A DNA stretch of 64,000 nt from Octopus vulgaris. Lineage: Eukaryota. The notes beneath the pieces are model-generated. The model searched no databases. It saw only the letters and a program-made list of their open reading frames with translations, and had not been told where the DNA came from. Both the position numbers and the translations under genes were made by a program. The stretch lies in NCBI GenBank assembly GCA_951406725.2, contig OX597815.1:7812001-7876000 (forward strand), read 5' to 3'. Positions 53,560 to 64,000 of the stretch are shown in pieces (within the stretch, counting starts at the first letter, position 1; the number at the start of each line of letters is the position of its first letter).

Positions 53560-55700
53560 CACATATGAGTTCTCCAAGCATCCTAGTGGGTGAGGCTACA
53601 CTCATGAAGTATCGGAGATAGTTCTATAAAAAGCAAATTTAGGTTGTAAGCGGACTTCCAAAGTTCTTTAATGATGATGCACAGTCTTATAACAGGTTTT
53701 AAAAAAAACTTATTAGCTTCACAGAGAAGGTAAATCAATCCATGATGTAGGTGCAAATTTCCAGAGATATGAGGAGATATTTCATACTGACAGACGATGA
53801 ATCTATCCATGATTAATCCACAATGAGGTGGGTATAATTTCCTGCTGTATGATAAGATACTTGTCACACCTCTGTATGTATATATATGTATGTATGTATA
53901 TAGTATTAAATATCCAGTACGGCTGATCTTACCAATAGGTTTCGCGTAAAGAATACAATGGAGTGTTTGATAACAATTCGATTATATAACTTTACGCTCA
54001 TGAGAGACAGCCGACATGGAAGGGAATATGGCGACTGCTCCGACAATAGAGAGCAGTCCCACCCCATGGCACCTTAGGCAAGTGTGTTTTTCTATAGCCT
54101 TGGGCTGTCCAATGCCTTGTAAGTGAATTTAGTAGACGGAAACTGAAAGAAGCTCGTCGTATATATATATATATATGTCCATGTGCATGCGTGTATATAT
54201 ATTTATGTGTTTTTGTACCTGCGTTTGTTCCACCCTCACGGTTTGTTTTTGACCCCCGTAATTCAGTGGTTCGCCAAAAGAGATCGATAAAATAACTGCC
54301 AGGCTGAAAAAAGTACTTGGGTCGATACATTCGACTAAAAGTTCTTCAAAGCGGTGCCCCAGCATGGCCGCAGTCCAATGACTGAAGCAAGTAAAAGATA
54401 AAAAGATAAAAGATATATTAAAGACTTATAGAGAAATCGTTGTCCCCTAAATTGTTGCCTATAAATCTTCTCTTTCTCATCGATACTGAAAGAAGTGACC
54501 CCACCCGAGGGTAGCTTAGCTCCACAATAGTATATGATTGATATCCGTGGTGGTCATTGTATAGATTAGGGTTGGTCTTAACTTATCTCGGTCCACTTAG
54601 GAATACATAGCCTGGGACACAAATACTTTAGGTTGAGGGCAGCTATTGCTCAACAGTTGAAATTAAACATGTAATGTGGAAAATGTCATTAATGTTAATG
54701 GCTATTCTTTTCAAACGGGCCAAAAGGGTCACCTCCGAAGCTTATGTTTCTTATCCTTTGTTTGTTTTGAAAAGAAATTTGATTAAGAATTATTGACTCT
54801 ACGTACGGAGTAGTAAAGTATATTAGACCTCATTGAACTATATGTTCTTCCTGCAGAGGATGTCTATAGAAAATATTATAGTATAAAGTATGAATATTTG
54901 TTTTGGCCAAATTCCATCCTGGCATCAGTTGAAAATGGTTTTACGAAAGCCAGCTGTTTTGCAACACTATACGTATATATTTCCTCTTCCTCAAAGGAAT
55001 TTTTGTATATTTCTTCAGTCCGCCATCATGGCGCCAAGGTTTTAAAGAAAATGCATTGAAAAAATCAACCGTCCTCTTCTTTTCGTTATCCTATACACAA
55101 TCACACGTCCTTTAAATTCCAAGGTCTACCAAATTTTAATTGTGTCGGATATGGTTGCTGTTGTCGTTCATCATAGAACAATGATCACAATTTTGTCACA
55201 AGTCGGATTATGTGTAGAAGCATAGGAGAGCAGCAGCACAAAGGGGTGAGAGGACCGGGCTGAGGGTAAGGCCACATTGCTGCTAAAAACTGTAACACAC
55301 ACAAAAGCATAAACACACACAAACACAAACACATACACACAAACAAACAAGGACACAAACGCATGCGCACATAAGGATACACATCTTAGAAGAACAGAAT
55401 GGAATAAGTGAGGAAAGAACTCACACGAAAACGAAAAGTGTCGCTGGAGAGGTCACAGATGTGTGACAAAAGATATCCGGACAATGGATCAGAGTTAGAA
55501 TAATAAAATAAACGAGTGAAGAAAAAATATATAGTGCGTGTGTATATTTGGCAAAAAAAAAAAAATGACCATTCCGAAATACAACAATATATATATACAC
55601 ACACATATATATACATATACATATATATACGTACGTATGTATGTATGTATGTATGTACGTACGTATGTATGTATGTATGTATGTATGTATATGTATGTAT

Positions 55701-55732
<32 letters not shown>

Positions 55733-56699
55733 GTATATATATGTGTGTGTATATATATATATATATATACATACATACATATGTATGTATGTATGTTTGT
55801 ATGTATGATGGGAAGCCAAATTATTCACCATATTTGTGTGGGATCCTTGAAGCGTTCAGTAAAGGGGTATTCAATCAGAAGTGGTTGCATGCCATACTTA
55901 CCTTTGTTAGAGTAAAGGGGTAAAGATAAAGGGTAAGCACCCCTTTCGATTGCTCCCACAAAGTTCCCTTCCAACGCACAAGTCCGGGCAAAGTTCTTTA
56001 TGGAAAACGAGTAGTCGCCTATACATACCAGCCTCTCCTCTCCACGCCACCAATGTTATCTAAGGGAACGGCAAAGGCCGAGAAAACTTGGCACTAGTGA
56101 CGTCGCAACTCATTTCTACAGTCATTTTGACTGAGTCCATGCTGGAGCACAGTCTGTTAGTCGAAGTAATCGGCCCCCAAGACTTATTCTTTTTAAGCCC
56201 GGTATTTATTCTATCCGTCTCTTTTGCCGAACTACTAAGTTACGGGGACGTAACATGCCAACACCGGTCATCAAGTACATCAAGTTCAGAGTACCACCTG
56301 CCCTGGCTATCTTGAACGCAGTGAACCCTCACACTCTACGTATCCAACCACTGATTGTATACTGATCATTTTACGAGACCATTTTGAAGACTGAACCTTC
56401 CTCTGGTACGATTTCATTCCTCCAGACGTGACCTGACTTTTTCTGACTCTGGGCAACATTGCACAAAAAGTATTTAATTATACTACAATATTGATCCATA
56501 CATTATACTGCGCGCGCACACACGCATATATTCACATACATACATATATGGATCAAAACAGTCTGATTAAAATTCGTTGGCACTCCGAGTTTCAAGCGTG
56601 ATGCTAATCTTCAGTCATTTTGAATTTGAATGAGATCAGAATGTTAAAACATGGAAAATTCGATCGCTCTTTTATCGAATCTTCCATGCGACAATGTAA

Positions 56700-56864
56700 A
56701 ATTTCTACAGCTGAGTGAACTGGAGTAACGTGAAATAAAGTGTCTTGCTCAAGAACACCACACACAGCCTGGTCTGGGAATGTATGTATGCATGTAAGCA
56801 TACATACATACATTCATTAATACTTACATACATACATACACACATACATACATACATACATACA

Positions 56865-56896
<32 letters not shown>

Positions 56897-56960
56897 CATA
56901 CATACATAACACAATCTGGTCTGGGAATCGAACTCACTACTTCATGATTGTGAGTCCAAC
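56700..56960 (-). mobile_element. SINE family C 5' part interrupted by a (CATA)n block
   Basis: Aligns with 22785-22900; the insert is flanked by a duplicated ctggtctgggaat. Confidence 0.75.
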
Positions 56961-57552
56961 ACTCTCACTCCTGAGCCATACACCTTCATTACCGTGGTGC
57001 ATATGTCGAAGACGTGACTGTGTGGTAAGAAACTTGCTTCCCAACCACATGGTTCCGGGTTCAGTCCCACTGCGTGGTACTTTTGGTGAGTGTTTTCTAC
57101 TATAGCCTCGGGCTGACCAATGCCTTCTGAGTGGATTTGGTAGACGGAAACTGGAAGAAACCTGTCGTATATATATATGTGTGTGTTTGCGTGTGTGTAA
57201 ACATGCATACATGCATCCATCCATATATACGTGCATGCATGCATACATACGTTCATACATACGCACATGCACACGCACGTACATACATATATGTGTGTGC
57301 GAGCACGTGTGTGTGTTCGAGTGTGTACGTGTGTGTGAGAGAGAGAGAGAGCGAGTTTAGAAAAAGAGAGAAATAAAGAGACAGTGAAAGAGAGGGAGAC
57401 ACCAAAAAGGCAGACAGACAGAAAGACAAACAGAAAGACAGACAGACTGACAGACAGACAGACAGACGAGCAGATAAACAGAGGGAGAGAAATAGAATAA
57501 TTAAGTGTATGTCAGAGGCAATTAATTGTTGTAATTTCAGCCACCAAGCAAA

Positions 57553-57566
57553 GTTGCTATGGTAAC
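57553..57566. promoter_or_regulatory. Candidate RFX X-box
   Basis: GTTGCTATGGTAAC fits RTHNYYWTRRNRAC at all positions and lies in non-repetitive sequence. Confidence 0.4.
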
Positions 57567-57743
57567 CTAACCTGGCATTGTTGATTGATCATTTGAATGT
57601 GTTTGTTTTAGTGTTCGATCTTGGTAAAGAAATGGTTCTAGAGCGCCAGCTTTAACTATTGGTATATAGATTAGACAAGTTAATCCCAACTAAAACGCTA
57701 GAGTTTCAACTAATCCATTCATGAAAAACCAACTTCATACAAC

Positions 57744-57820
57744 CTGATAAAACTTATCGCAGCAAAGACTGGTCAATTGTAAGAGGTTGATGGTTGAGAT
57801 AGTGGGAGTAGTGGTAGGGG

Positions 57821-57860
<40 letters not shown>

Positions 57861-58048
57861 GGTGGTGGTGGTGGTGGTGGTCGTGGTGGTCGTGGTCGTG
57901 GTGTTATCACTGATATTAATTTTGTTGATGGTGGTGGTTATAGAGGTGTCTGTCGTTATTGTTGTGGATGGTTGCTGCCATGGTTGTGTTTGTAGCATCG
58001 TTGCTGGTTCAGGTGGTGATATAACTATTGTTGTTGCTGTTGTTGTTG

Positions 58049-58082
<34 letters not shown>

Positions 58083-58267
58083 ATTTTGATGATGATCATG
58101 GTTGTTGTTGTTGTTAAGCAACAAGATGGGTAAGGGTGAGCAGGTGATGGTTTAGGGCTTAGGGGCGTGAGACCCCAGACATTGGAAAAAAAAACTTTGG
58201 TCGTCTTGTTGTAGTCGAGGGCTCTTCGTTGACGCCCGATACCACTGGGAGGTGGCCCTCGAATTTG
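57744..58267 (-). other. Candidate host exon (possible 5'UTR plus a low-complexity N-terminus)
   Basis: Strong acceptor gtcttttcttctttgtcctctccatttccag at 58268; ATG at 57998 opens 85 codons to a weak donor CAG|GTTGTA; no recognisable domain. Confidence 0.25.
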
Positions 58268-58304
58268 CTGGAAATGGAGAGGACAAAGAAGAAAAGACAA
58301 TTGG

Positions 58305-58837
58305 AGTAAGTCGATTATATCGACCCCAGTGGGTAACTGGTACTTAATTTATCGACTCCGAAAGGATGAAAGGTAAAGTCGACCTCGGCGGAATTTGAAC
58401 TCAGAACGTAGCGCAGACGAAATACCTATTTCTTTACTACCCACAAGGGGCTAAACACAGAGGGGACAAACAAGGACAGACATACGGATTAAGTCGATTA
58501 TATCGACCCCAGTGCGTAACTGGTACTTATTTTTATCGACCCCGAAAGGATGAAAGGCAAAGTCGACCTCGGCGGAATTTGAACTCAGAAAGTAGCGCAG
58601 ACGAAATACCTATTTATTTATTACCCACAAGGGGCTAAACATAGAGGGGACAAACAAGGACAGACATAGGTATTAAGTCGATTACATCGACCCCAGTGCG
58701 TAACTGGTACTTATTTAATCGACCCCGAAGGGATGAAAGGCAAAGTCGACCTCGGCGGAATTTGAACTCAGAAAGTAGCGCAGACGAAATACCGCTGAGC
58801 ATTTCGCCCGGCGCGCTAACGATTCTGCCAACTCGCC
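58305..58837 (-). mobile_element. SINE family B tandem trimer
   Basis: 184-bp period; junctions aaata|GGTAtttcgtctg at 58426/58427 and 58610/58611. Confidence 0.92.
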
Positions 58838-59179
58838 GGAAAAAGAAATACCAGCTAAGCACTGAGGTCGACGAAATTGACTTACCCCTCCCCACAAAGT
58901 TGATGGTGTTGTGCCAAAATTTGAAATCAATATTAAATATTTGTGTAAAGCGGCGATCAAGCAGAATCGTCAGCCTGCCGAGGATAATGCTTTGCAGCAT
59001 GTCGTCCGTCTTTACGTTCTGAATTCAAATTCTGTAGAAGTCGACTTTGCCTTTCAACCTTTCGGGTTCGATAAAGTATGCTACCAGCCTAGCACTGGGA
59101 TCGATGTAATCGATTTAACCTCCTCCCCGAAATTGCTGGCCTGGTGCCAAAATTTAAAACCAATATTATTTTTGCTATA

Positions 59180-59578
59180 TCTTTATATATAAAAGTGAAG
59201 TTGTGTGCTGTCTGTCCCCTACGATTTAGATTCCTAACTACTCCCACATTTTGCGATGCAGTTTAACCAAAACCGGGTATCTTATAGTCGTGATTCATAT
59301 CGAGCCCTTCTGGGTATTAGCACGCGTCTACGATGAGTCTACGATTTAAAAAAAAATTACCATCAATTTTTCCCATTTTTAATGCATTTTTGGCATATAT
59401 AAGGGAAGTAACTCTCTATAAATATATTATTAAATCTCAGAACGTAAAAAGCTACAGTAACACCTCCCCCCACTTTGTGGTTAGCCATATTGAGATGGCT
59501 ATTATACTTAACATCTCTAAAAATGTTTATATAGTTATTTCCCTTACAAACCCGAGCAACGCCGGGCGATACTGCTAG
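59180..59578 (+). mobile_element. Non-autonomous Helitron, full length (399 bp)
   Basis: A|TC...cccgagcaacgccgggcgatactgCTAG|T; same family as 24056-24731. Confidence 0.93.
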
Positions 59579-60198
59579 TTTTTATATAAATTATTTATCC
59601 GAATAAATGTTCTTCGATATTTGAAAGAAAGCCGCTCTCTTTCCTTCTCCTTCTCCCTCTTCTCTCTTCCTCGCTGTATATAAGAATTAAATGTAAGCTA
59701 CCATAAGTTTCACGTTCTGTTAGTATAATAGTAAGACGAGGTTGTATAACGTAGCGTGTACAATCCTGAAATCTTCCAGGTTCGAAAGGTAATTAAATCC
59801 TGTGTATATTAAATGATGCTTATCTTTCGCTGGTGGATGGAATATATTTTTTTGTTGTTGATCCCTCCAATAACGGAATAGTACATTATGTGTGTGTGTG
59901 TTTGAGTATACAGAAATGCTAACACAAACACACATATAAATAAGCAAGGAGGCAGAGATAGATAGAAGATAGATTTCTGTTAAAAACTAAACGAAAACAT
60001 TCAAGATATGAAGCAGACTATATATATATATATATATATTATTTATTCGTTTTATTCGTTTTATTCGTTTTATTCGTTTTATTCGTTGCCAAAGTTTGAC
60101 AATTGCATTGGCACGAAACTCTTGTCGGCCTTTGAGTCATTTACGTAGTTTCACAGCTAATAAATAATGGGAATGAATAATAATTTTGTATATATACA

Positions 60199-60251
<53 letters not shown>

Positions 60252-60257
60252 GCATAG

Positions 60258-60302
<45 letters not shown>

Positions 60303-60304
60303 TG

Positions 60305-60340
<36 letters not shown>

Positions 60341-60857
60341 TAGATAGATAGATAGATTAGATATAGATATAGATATAGATATATACATACATACATACAA
60401 AGAAAGGAAGAAAAGAAAAGAAAGTAGGTAAGAGGGAGAAAGAGAGAAAGAGAGAGAGATTGAGAGAGAAGCACACAGATAGATGTGTTTACGCGCATAT
60501 GCATGTGCACACGCGCAGATCCACAAAGAAACACGCGCACGCGCAATACAAGTGGGTGAAGGAGAAGAAGAAGAAGAAGAAGAAGAAGAAGAAGAAGAAG
60601 AAGAAGAAGAAGAAGAAGAAGAAGAAGAAGAAGAAGAAGAAGAAGAAGAAGAATCCGATTCGCCCCATTTGTCTCTCAGTATAAAATCAGATGAAGCAAG
60701 GAGCTAAAATGCTTCTCGACTTAGTAAATAGTCATTGCTCCTAATTACAAGTATAGAAGTTATTTTAACTAGCACGCTCATGCTGGTATACAGGTGTACC
60801 TAAAACGTAAAAAAAAGGCAAAAAATAAACAAAAACAAAAAAAAAAAACGCATCATA

Positions 60858-61278
60858 GGCGCAGGGGTGGCTGTGTGGTAAGTAGCTTGTTTACCAACCA
60901 CATGGTTCCGGGTTCAGTCCCACTGTGTGGCACCTTGGGCAAGTGTCTTCTACAATAGCCTCGGGCCGACCAAAGCCTTGTGAGTGGATTTGGTAGACGG
61001 AAACTGAAAAGAAGCCCGTCGTATATATGTATATATATATCTATGCAAGTGTGTGTTTGTGTGTCTGTTTGCCCCCCCCCTCGATTTGCTTGACAACCGA
61101 TGCTGGTGTGTCCCCGTTACTCAGCGGTTCGGCAAAAGAGACCGATAGAATAAGTACTGGGCTTACAAAAGAATAAGTCCCGGGGTCGAGTTGCTCGATT
61201 AAAGGCGGTGCTCCAGCATGGCCGCAGTCAAATGACTGAAACAAGTAAAAGAGTAAAAGAGTAAAAGAGTAAAAGAGT
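60858..61278 (+). mobile_element. SINE family A, full length (tRNA head, CORE-like block, central microsatellite, (GAGTAAAA)n tail)
   Basis: A box gtggctgtgtgg, B box gggttcagtcc, and caccttgggcaagt resembling the CORE domain. Confidence 0.93.
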
Positions 61279-61464
61279 ACATGTGGAAACCACAAAGTAC
61301 ATCTTAAGAAAGTGGTTGTGATGGTCACAACACTTAAGCTGTTATCTTAAAGCAGCGGGTGAGAATCTTAGCCCTCAACCAAATAACGTCTTTCAACCAA
61401 TATACGGGAATCACCGAAGGTAAATGCAAGATATGCTTTTGCAGAAACTTCAGGAAGAGACGAA

Positions 61465-61678
61465 TCCAGGCAAAAAAGTTACAGGTAAAAAAATCACAAG
61501 GGAAAAAGTCACGGTAATAAAGTCACATGTATTGTGTCCGGGGCTGTGTGTCCTAGGTGGGTTTTGACCTAGTGGGGGTTTTGTCCGGATCGCATAAATT
61601 AATTGTGATTTTTTTTTCTAGCCAGAATTGTGACTTTATTACTGTGAGGTTTTTTCCAGTGACTTTTTTTAGGTCGCC
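61465..61678. mobile_element. Small foldback MITE with subterminal aaaagtcac repeats
   Basis: aaaaagtcacggtaataaagtcaca versus tgtgactttattactgtg...gtgacttttt. Confidence 0.6.
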
Positions 61679-61791
61679 GAAGGGACATAGCTCTCGAACT
61701 GTTTCCGATCTTATAAAGAATGGTCCTCTATTTATACAGAAAATACAGGAACAAATTCGATATTGATTTGGAACTGATATGGACGATTTTT

Positions 61792-62195
61792 CTCTCTTTT
61801 ACTCTTTTACTTGTTTCAGTCATTTGACTGCGGCCATGCTGGAGCACCGCCTTTAGTCGAGCAAATCGACTACGGGACTTATTCTTTGTAAGCCCAGTAC
61901 TTATTCTATCGGTCTCTTTTGCCGAACCGCTAAGTTACAGGGACGTAAACGCACCAGCATCGGTTGTTAAGCAATGCTAGGGGGACAAACACAGACACAC
62001 ACACACACATATATATATATATACATATATACGACAGGCTTCTTTCAGTTTCCGTCTACCAAATCCACTCACAAGGCATTGGTCGGCCCGGGGGCTATAG
62101 CAGAAGACACTTGCCCGAGATGCCACGCAGTGGGACTGAACCTGGAACCATGTGGCTGGTTAGCAAGCTACTTACCACACAGCCACTCCTGCGCC
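61792..62195 (-). mobile_element. SINE family A, full length
   Basis: Reverse complement of 60858-61278. Confidence 0.93.
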
Positions 62196-62674
62196 TAAAT
62201 ATATACGAAGTAATAAACACATAACTACTTTCCACGTCAGAGGATACAAACTTTACAGGAAGTGGGCATAGCTGTGTGGTAGGAAGCTTGCTTCCAAACC
62301 TCATGGTTCCAGGTTCGGTACCGCTGCGTGGCACCTTGGGCAAGTGTCTTCAACTATAGCTCCAAGCCGATAAATGACTTGTAAGTGGATTTGGTTGACG
62401 GAAACTGAATGAAACTCGTTGTATATGTGTGTATGTGACTGTGTGTGACTGTGTGTGTGTGTGTGTATGCGTGTGTGTATGTGTGTGTGTATGTGTGTGT
62501 GTGTTAATAACTGGTGTCGGTGTGTTCACTTAGTGGTTCGGCAAAAGATCGATAGAATAAGTACGAGACTTAAAATATAAAAGAATAAGTACTTAGGCCG
62601 ACTAACATTCTTCCAGTAAAGGATAAAAGATAAAGATCGGTAACTTATTTGCATATATATTATTTAGGAAGATT

Positions 62675-63274
62675 ATGGCGGCAAGCTGGCAGAAACGTTA
62701 GCACGCCGGGCGAAATGCTTAGCGGTATTTCGTCTGCCGTTACGTTCTGAGTTCAACTTCCGCCGAGGTCGACTTTACCTTTCATCCTTTCGGGGTCGAT
62801 TAAATAAGTACCAGTTACGCACTGGGATCGATATAATCGACTTAATCCGTTTGTCTGTCCTTGTTCGTCCTTGTTTGTCCTCTCTGTGTTTAGCTCCTTG
62901 TGGGTAGTAAAGAAATAAAAATAGGTATTTCGTCTGTCTTTATGTTCTGAGCTCGAATTCCGGCGAGGCAGACTTTGCCTTTCATCCTTTCAGGGTCAAT
63001 AAATTAAATACCAGTTGCGTACATGGGTTGATTTAATTGACTTAATCCGTTTGTCTGTCCTTGTTTGTCTCCTCTGTGTTTAGCCCCTTGTGGGTAGTAT
63101 AGAAATAGGTATTTCGTCTGTCTTTACGTTCTGAGCTCGAATTCCGGCGAGGTAGACTTTGCCTTTCATCATTTCCGGATCGATAGATTAAATACCAGTT
63201 GCGTACTTGGGTCGATTTAATCGACTGGCCCCCTTCCCGAAAAATTTCGGGCCTTGTGCCAAGAGTAGAAAAAG
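62675..63274 (+). mobile_element. SINE family B trimer bounded by a single 16-bp TSD
   Basis: attatttagga(a/g)gatt at 62659-62674 and 63275-63290; internal junctions at GGTA 62924 and 63108. Confidence 0.9.
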
Positions 63275-63419
63275 ATTATTTAGGAGGATTTCAATGTCGA
63301 ATGGCACGAACGTAGCAGAGAACGCAAGACAAGCCTAATTAAAAGGTAAAACTAATCCATGTTTATTTCAATGTGTCTCGTTTGTTGATTTGCAGATGTA
63401 ATACTCTTTGAGCAATATT

Positions 63420-63650
63420 TTATGTATGTATGGACGTATGTATGCATGTATGTATGTATGTATGTATGTATGTATGTGTGTATGTATGTACGTACGTATG
63501 TATGTATGTGTGTGTGCATGTATGTATGTATGTATGTATGTATGTGTGTGTGTGTATGTATGTATGTATGTATGTATGTATGTATGTATGTGTGTACGTA
63601 TGTATGTATGTATGTATGTGTGTGTGCATGTATGTATGTATGTATGTATG

Positions 63651-63684
<34 letters not shown>

Positions 63685-63960
63685 TGTGTGTGTATGTATG
63701 TGTGTATGTGTGTATGTGTGTATGTATGTGTATGTATGTATGTATGTATGTGTATGTATGTGTGTGTATGTATGTATGTATGTGTGTATGTATGTATGTA
63801 TGTATGTATGTATGTATGTATGTATGTATGTGTGTGTGTGTATGTATGTATGTATGTACGTACGTACGTATGTATGTATGCACGTATGTATGTATGTATG
63901 TATGTATGTATGTATGCGTGTGAGAATGTGTACTTTTGTGTGTGTGTGTATGTATGTATG
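63420..63960. repeat. (TATG)n/(TG)n array
   Basis: Direct inspection. Confidence 0.95.
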
Positions 63961-64000
63961 CGTCTGAGAATGTGTACTTTTGTGTATGTGTGTGTGTGCT

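Noticed and set aside
58151-58165. Telomere-like TTTAGGGCTTAGGGG
   Set aside because: Only two imperfect units, which is expected by chance.
60043-60140. Five copies of TTATTCGTT followed by GAAAC...GTC (half hammerhead)
   Set aside because: There is no CTGANGA core upstream; it is a simple 9-bp tandem repeat.

Overview
AT-rich eukaryotic (metazoan) genomic DNA, saturated with microsatellites and transposon debris. The SINE families and repeat load suggest an octopus-like cephalopod; this is recall, not a database result. I see no intact host gene, and most ORFs in the track are translations of (TA)n, (CA)n, (CATA)n, (GAT)n or (ATT)n. Recognisable content: a decayed Helitron RepHel (1.5-4.6 kb), a second Helitron N-terminal fragment (35-36 kb), four non-autonomous Helitrons, LINE remnants (R4-like, RTE, HERO-like), Penelope-type fragments with type I hammerhead ribozymes, a mariner MITE, several hairpin MITEs and more than 30 tRNA-derived SINE copies in four families (my labels A-D). 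The most unusual structure is at 14.1-16.8 kb: two divergent retroposons that encode only an ORF1-like (gag-knuckle) protein and no RT, inserted in tandem at one site in the head of SINE A. Both carry, about 40 nt from their 3' ends, an 8-9-mer complementary to that target. Two weak candidate minus-strand host exons lie near 10.3 kb and 57.7-58.3 kb.
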